Assembly (NCBI GenBank): GCA_964187785.1
Contig: OZ076409.1
Location: forward strand, 78,680,001-78,744,000
Length of the DNA stretch: 64,000 nt
Source of the DNA: Amphiscolops sp. MND2022
Lineage: Eukaryota
Reading direction: 5' to 3'
Shown: in pieces, positions 59,262 through 64,000 of the stretch
Numbering within the stretch: the stretch's first letter is position 1
Layout of the letters: each line of letters begins with the position of its first letter
Position numbers and translations under genes: made by a program
The notes under the pieces: generated by a model
Told to the model about the DNA's origin: nothing
Database searches by the model: none
What the model saw: the letters and a program-made list of their open reading frames with translations, nothing else

Positions 59262-61197
59262 CTGATCATGTGCCATTTTTTGTCTAGTTTGAATTTTTGT
59301 ATTATATTGATGAGAATTCATTCAATGACAATTTCAAAATGAAATGTTAGTACTTAGTTACCAGTTTCGTTTGAGACTGAGAAAAAGACTTCCTTGGAAA
59401 AGAATACAATTCTATGCAAAAATTAGCTTTTATTTCGTAGCATATGCATATCTTTTTTAAATGAAAGAATCAAAAGTGACAAAATGCCCCCGAAGAACAA
59501 AAAATGCTAATTTGTTGTTCAACTTTTGACCGTTTCATGCAATTTTGGTTCAACTTTTGAATCGTTTCGTGAGTATGAACACCCATAGAGTTCAACGGAA
59601 AAACAATTAGCTACCTAGGAAACTTCAGGTTCTTTTCTTCAAGTGCTTAAAATGGACCAAAATGTCCAAGTTTTTTTTTAACGTTTCGTGCATATTTTGT
59701 AAATTATTGGCTACCCTCGAGCCCTCAAAAATGTCTTTGCCAAGAAATTTCAGGCCGCAAAAAATCCCAGTGCTCAGCGGGTGTCTTTTGAATTATTGTT
59801 TTAAAATACGACAACATGAAAGAAAACAGTCATCCAAAAAATCAGTTCTTATATCTCGAATGTCTGCACATTCTTTTTGAAGTGATTCAATCAAACATTC
59901 AGCCTTACTCCTTGATGATACAAAATTAAATAAGAAGCGTTGGAACGAAAGCTATAAGTTGCCTGGAGCAGAGAAGTTTTGGGATTAGAGCGCTCAAAAG
60001 CAGACTTAAACAGAAGTGACAATTGAAGTTTATGCAATGTCACATCTTTAAAAGACTAATTCCTCAGAGACAGCAAGTCTAATTGCTTCCATTTCTATCC
60101 CATAAATTGCATCGACCTAAGTAGCCAGAGTGTCACATCCCCAATTTATCAACCCTCTTCTGGATGCCCGCGATGGTAACTTACCTCAAAAAGTGCCCCG
60201 CTCTTCTAATTGCACAAGATAAGAGAAGTGACACCGCCGGAACATTTAAATTACTACAGAGTGATTGCAACGATAGAGGTGGAAGGCTATTTACGTCATA
60301 ATAGGTCTAATTTCAGGTCATTTTGAAGTACGCTGTGTATTAAGCCGTTTCATTTTCAAGTTGAATGTTTCATCTGGTAATCGTGGTTTTGGAAAGTTGA
60401 AAGAAATCCAAAAGAAATGTGCCAAAATTTATCAGAAACCACTTCCACTGACCCTCACTTGAATTCATACTTGTTTCTTTGATTAAAGATCAGCAACTCG
60501 GTACGTCTAAAGTCGATGTTCGCTTTAGTCTTGAAAAGCGCAAAGCCTAGCTAAAAGTAATTGACTCTCAGTGCCAAAAATGATTCAAAAAGAGACTCAT
60601 TGGAGTTGAATTGTTGAATTTTCAATTGAAAATGTCAAAAAACTAGAAGGGGGCACTTTAATGGCCCGAAAAATCACAGAGTGCTAAAAACACAAAAGCA
60701 GAAAACTATTCCAATAAAAAAATCGATGAAAGTCTTCAACCAACAAAAGTGACAACTTACCGGAATAATCTTGAAAGAAAAAATGCAGATACGGCATATT
60801 TTAGAACATGAAAAATTGAAATGATAGAAATTATAAATCTTTTTGCTTTATCAAATGCAACAGCTTTGCATTCTCCCTGCACTCTGTTTGAGGTTAATTA
60901 AGACAATTTTTAATTCAGAACAATACGTGTGTGTACCTTCTATCATTTCAGTTCAAACCCGGTTCTTTGAATCTAGTGTCGACCATATAGAATCGTTATG
61001 TCTCGCGATGCTCCAGTAGTAATGTGTTTCTGAAGAATCACTCTCTCATTTAAAGCATACAGTAAATCCTTTGGTATTCGGAACTCTGAAGTATGCCTAC
61101 AGACAATACAACTTCATCTAGTCTCTCTGTCATTCTATGATAAGAATAACTTTTCAGCATCCCAATATTTTTGAATTTTCGATCACTTCCAAATGCG

Positions 61198-61686
61198 TTT
61201 TTAGTCGGGCTTTTTGTGAAACAAACAATGCCCGACTCTAACAGTGACCCTTATTTTTCTCCAAACAACAGTCCTCACTGAAACGTCATCTTTATACAGA
61301 ATTTATCTAGGACTTCCTACCTCACTAAAAAGCAATCTCGTGTGCTTCCAAAGGGTGCCACCTCTGGGTACCATAGTTTTGGAAGGTTTTTTGTTACTAG
61401 ACAACCCGGAAGGTTTAGTTTTACTGTTTTCCGGCATTGTGAGACTAATTTCCCGACAATGTTTGATGTTTTCCAAGGGTCCCCTTTGATTATTTTGATT
61501 TTTTGCACCCAACTGAGCGATAAATAAAAAGCCCAAAGGTCCTCTATTTTGCGTTTTTTGGCACTTTGAGACTGTTTGAAATTTCGAAACTTTGTGAGCT
61601 TCTGATAAAAAAACTTGAGCATATTTTTAAAACTTCGCGCTTTTTGAGCCTTAGGTATAGCGCCGACTTTGGACGTTCTCGTCGTT
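61198..61686 (+). mobile_element. Diverged DINE/HINE-like repeat
   Basis: TTTTTAGTCGG start and TTTTTGAGCCTTAGGTATAGCGCCGACTT near the end, as in 50941-51619. Confidence 0.6.
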
Positions 61687-62089
61687 ATGGCTTATAATCA
61701 TCAGTATTTCCCATAAACCTTGGCTTTTCTTTATGAGTTTATTCCATCGTACGGCAACTAGTATGTCACTACGGTATCTCAGTATTTTGCACTCTTTTTC
61801 AATCTTTGAGATTTGCTAACGATGTTTTGTTTCACTGATTATCAATCAATACGCCATATCAAAACTATTTGTAACTTGAATATCCAAGACACTCAGGACT
61901 TGAAAAATTGTTTTTCAATTGACTAGTTTGTTGGAACGTCATGTTGTTTGGAGAACGTCACGTGGAACAATACGGTGTTTCCTCCTTGGCACTCAAACTA
62001 CTTACGTTATTTCAAATTATTTTAACAGAAGTAAAATATGATGGACTTGATGACCATCATTGAAAACAGAATATTAGTTCGCTGCATAA

Positions 62090-62984
62090 ATAATTCACAT
62101 CGCCGAGACTGGACGAGCTGTATAGGATCTATCTATGTTTTTTTAGGCAAAACCACAAAAGAAGAGAACAACTCCAAACCCAAAAGACGAACAAGCTGGA
62201 CCGTCCACATGATGGAATGAAACGGAAGAGTCGTCGGAAGACGAGACATATGTAGCATCGGAAGAAATAAAGGATGAATCAACTCCAACGGACACTGCCA
62301 TCACAGAAATTGTGGAAGACACTGCCGAGTCAGAAGAGGAAAGAGAGTCGAGGCCTGAGGCCAATGAGACGGAAAGCGAGGAAATAGCAATTTCCCAAGA
62401 AACGGCAACTCCCCAAGAATTGCCAACTCATCAAGAAACGGCGAACCCGGCAGAAAACAACATTCCTGGAAAAGGAAAGAAGAAGGCCGTGAAGGCATCG
62501 GTGTCGTGCCCCCCCCCACAAAGGGAAAGTCGCCGGAGACGACCAACAGAACGCTACGGAATCGATGTAGTGATGAAAATCGACGGAGAAGACAAAAACA
62601 AGAAAGCCAAAGAACCTGAAGTCAGAAATATCTGAAACAGAAGAAACATGAAACATTACAACTACATTTATACTTTACCACATTATTACATTATCTTACA
62701 GTCATGTAATCTGAAATAAAATAACATTATCAGTTCTGGTACCATTTATTAACATGTAACGAAAAACCCCAGGTGTTATGTCAAAACGGGGAGTGTGACA
62801 GAGTACTAAAAAGAACAGTTACGCTAAAGATACTAATTACTAACACCTGTCACAAAAATGCTAGAATGAAATGAAAAACACTACGTTTAGTTGCTGTTGC
62901 CTTTACTTTGAGATACAGTTCATAATACATTGTTATCTCCCCTTCTTTCTTCTTTCTTACATTGCCTCTCAGTAGTCTTCAACA
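62090..62984 (+). mobile_element. 3' remnant of an LTR retrotransposon: acidic post-integrase tail, PPT and putative LTR at 62794-62984
   Basis: Acidic ORF ending SRRRRPTERYG; AAAACGGGGAG followed by TGTGACA...CTTCAACA. No second LTR in the window. Confidence 0.55.
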
Positions 62985-64000
62985 GATGCTAAACTGTTTC
63001 AATGTTAATATTAATGTATATATACATTTGCTATTTCTATGTATTTTCTGTTCACTTTCATTGTAACGTCTCAGGTCTTAATTTGTGCCAGTTTGTAAAG
63101 AATGTTTTCAGCCTTTTTCAGGTTTCTTTCTGAAGGCTTTGTACGAGAAAGCCGACGTGACTTGAGACTCAAATCAGATCGCGGTTTTGAACGATTATGA
63201 AAATGAGCAAGCAGTCATTTTTCTGTGGAGCTATTGTTTAGACAAAGTGTATAATAACTCCAATTAGAGCCTGGACCAGTCAGATTTTCGTTCAATTTTT
63301 AATAGTTAAAAATGGGCCGTAAATCGATAAACCGATAACTGTTCTCAAAAACAGAAAAAACTATTTTGAATGCGGTCGAGTTGCAATAAGCTGTACATTT
63401 ACAATTCCAACACTTTCCATCAAAACCAAATCAAGTCTAGAGTTTTGAAACTTAAATTTATGACCAAAGATGCTGAAACATCGTTATCAAGTAGTATATG
63501 TGAATTCTTCTGTGGAATCAGAAAAACGCAAATAACTTTCTGACAGGCAAGGGCTTTTTAACTTTTTATTGTCTGAAAGGTTTAAATGCGATGTTCCGCG
63601 GCTTTTTCTGTTAATCGGTTGAACGAACAATCTTAACGCTAAACGACCCGAGCGTTTTTGCAACTTTTCAAAAAATTGGATTAAAAAATTTAAAATATCA
63701 ATATCTCCACAACTACGCGTACCAGAGAAACGAACTATAGCGCGTTTGAAAGGTCTGATATTGGGCTTTCATTTTGGTCACGTGAGCCCCTGTCGCCGCG
63801 CGCCCCCTCCTTCAGAATTTTAGTTTCTTTTTCCGATACCGCCGCTTCGCATGCAAAATCTTTGACGCATTTAAATTCTAGGAAATTTGATTTTTATAAC
63901 AAATTGGTAGTAGGTTGGAACACTTTATTAACGGTGAATCTCAAGATTTTCAGGCAATCAGTTAACCAATGCAATTTTCTTCGGTTTTAATTGATTCAAT

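Noticed and set aside
63540..64000. Possible MITE or DNA-transposon arm near the window end
   Set aside because: No partner repeat or TSD visible within the window.

Overview
AT-rich eukaryotic (animal-type) DNA made almost entirely of transposable elements and repeats; no intact host gene can be supported. (1) 1-38877 is an array of ~5.1-kb tandem units. The first unit is split by a 25.2-kb nested insertion (1184-26380, TSD GCACC): a minus-strand Ty3/Gypsy element with 2.1-kb LTRs, whose 5' LTR is itself interrupted by an apparently intact BEL/Pao element (15310-24521, TSD CTAGG). (2) This Gypsy is the most unusual object here. Gag starts inside the LTR and pol follows by a -1 frameshift. 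Between integrase and the 3' LTR lies a ~5.4-kb accessory module: an antisense gene with 8 coding exons (~1070 aa, zinc finger, degenerate hAT-transposase-like motifs) and a divergent sense ORF with a SUMO-interacting-like motif. (3) The BEL element has a tRNA-like Pol III cassette in both LTRs and an extra SGNH-like ORF upstream of gag-pol. (4) 38.5-49.7 kb is bounded by diverged long inverted arms and contains a short-LTR Gypsy. A related decayed Gypsy (53398-59261) has an aberrant long flanking duplication. (5) tRNA-derived SINEs, DINE/HINE-like repeats, a (CT)n tract and an LTR remnant fill the rest. All domain calls come from motifs read by eye, not from database searches.
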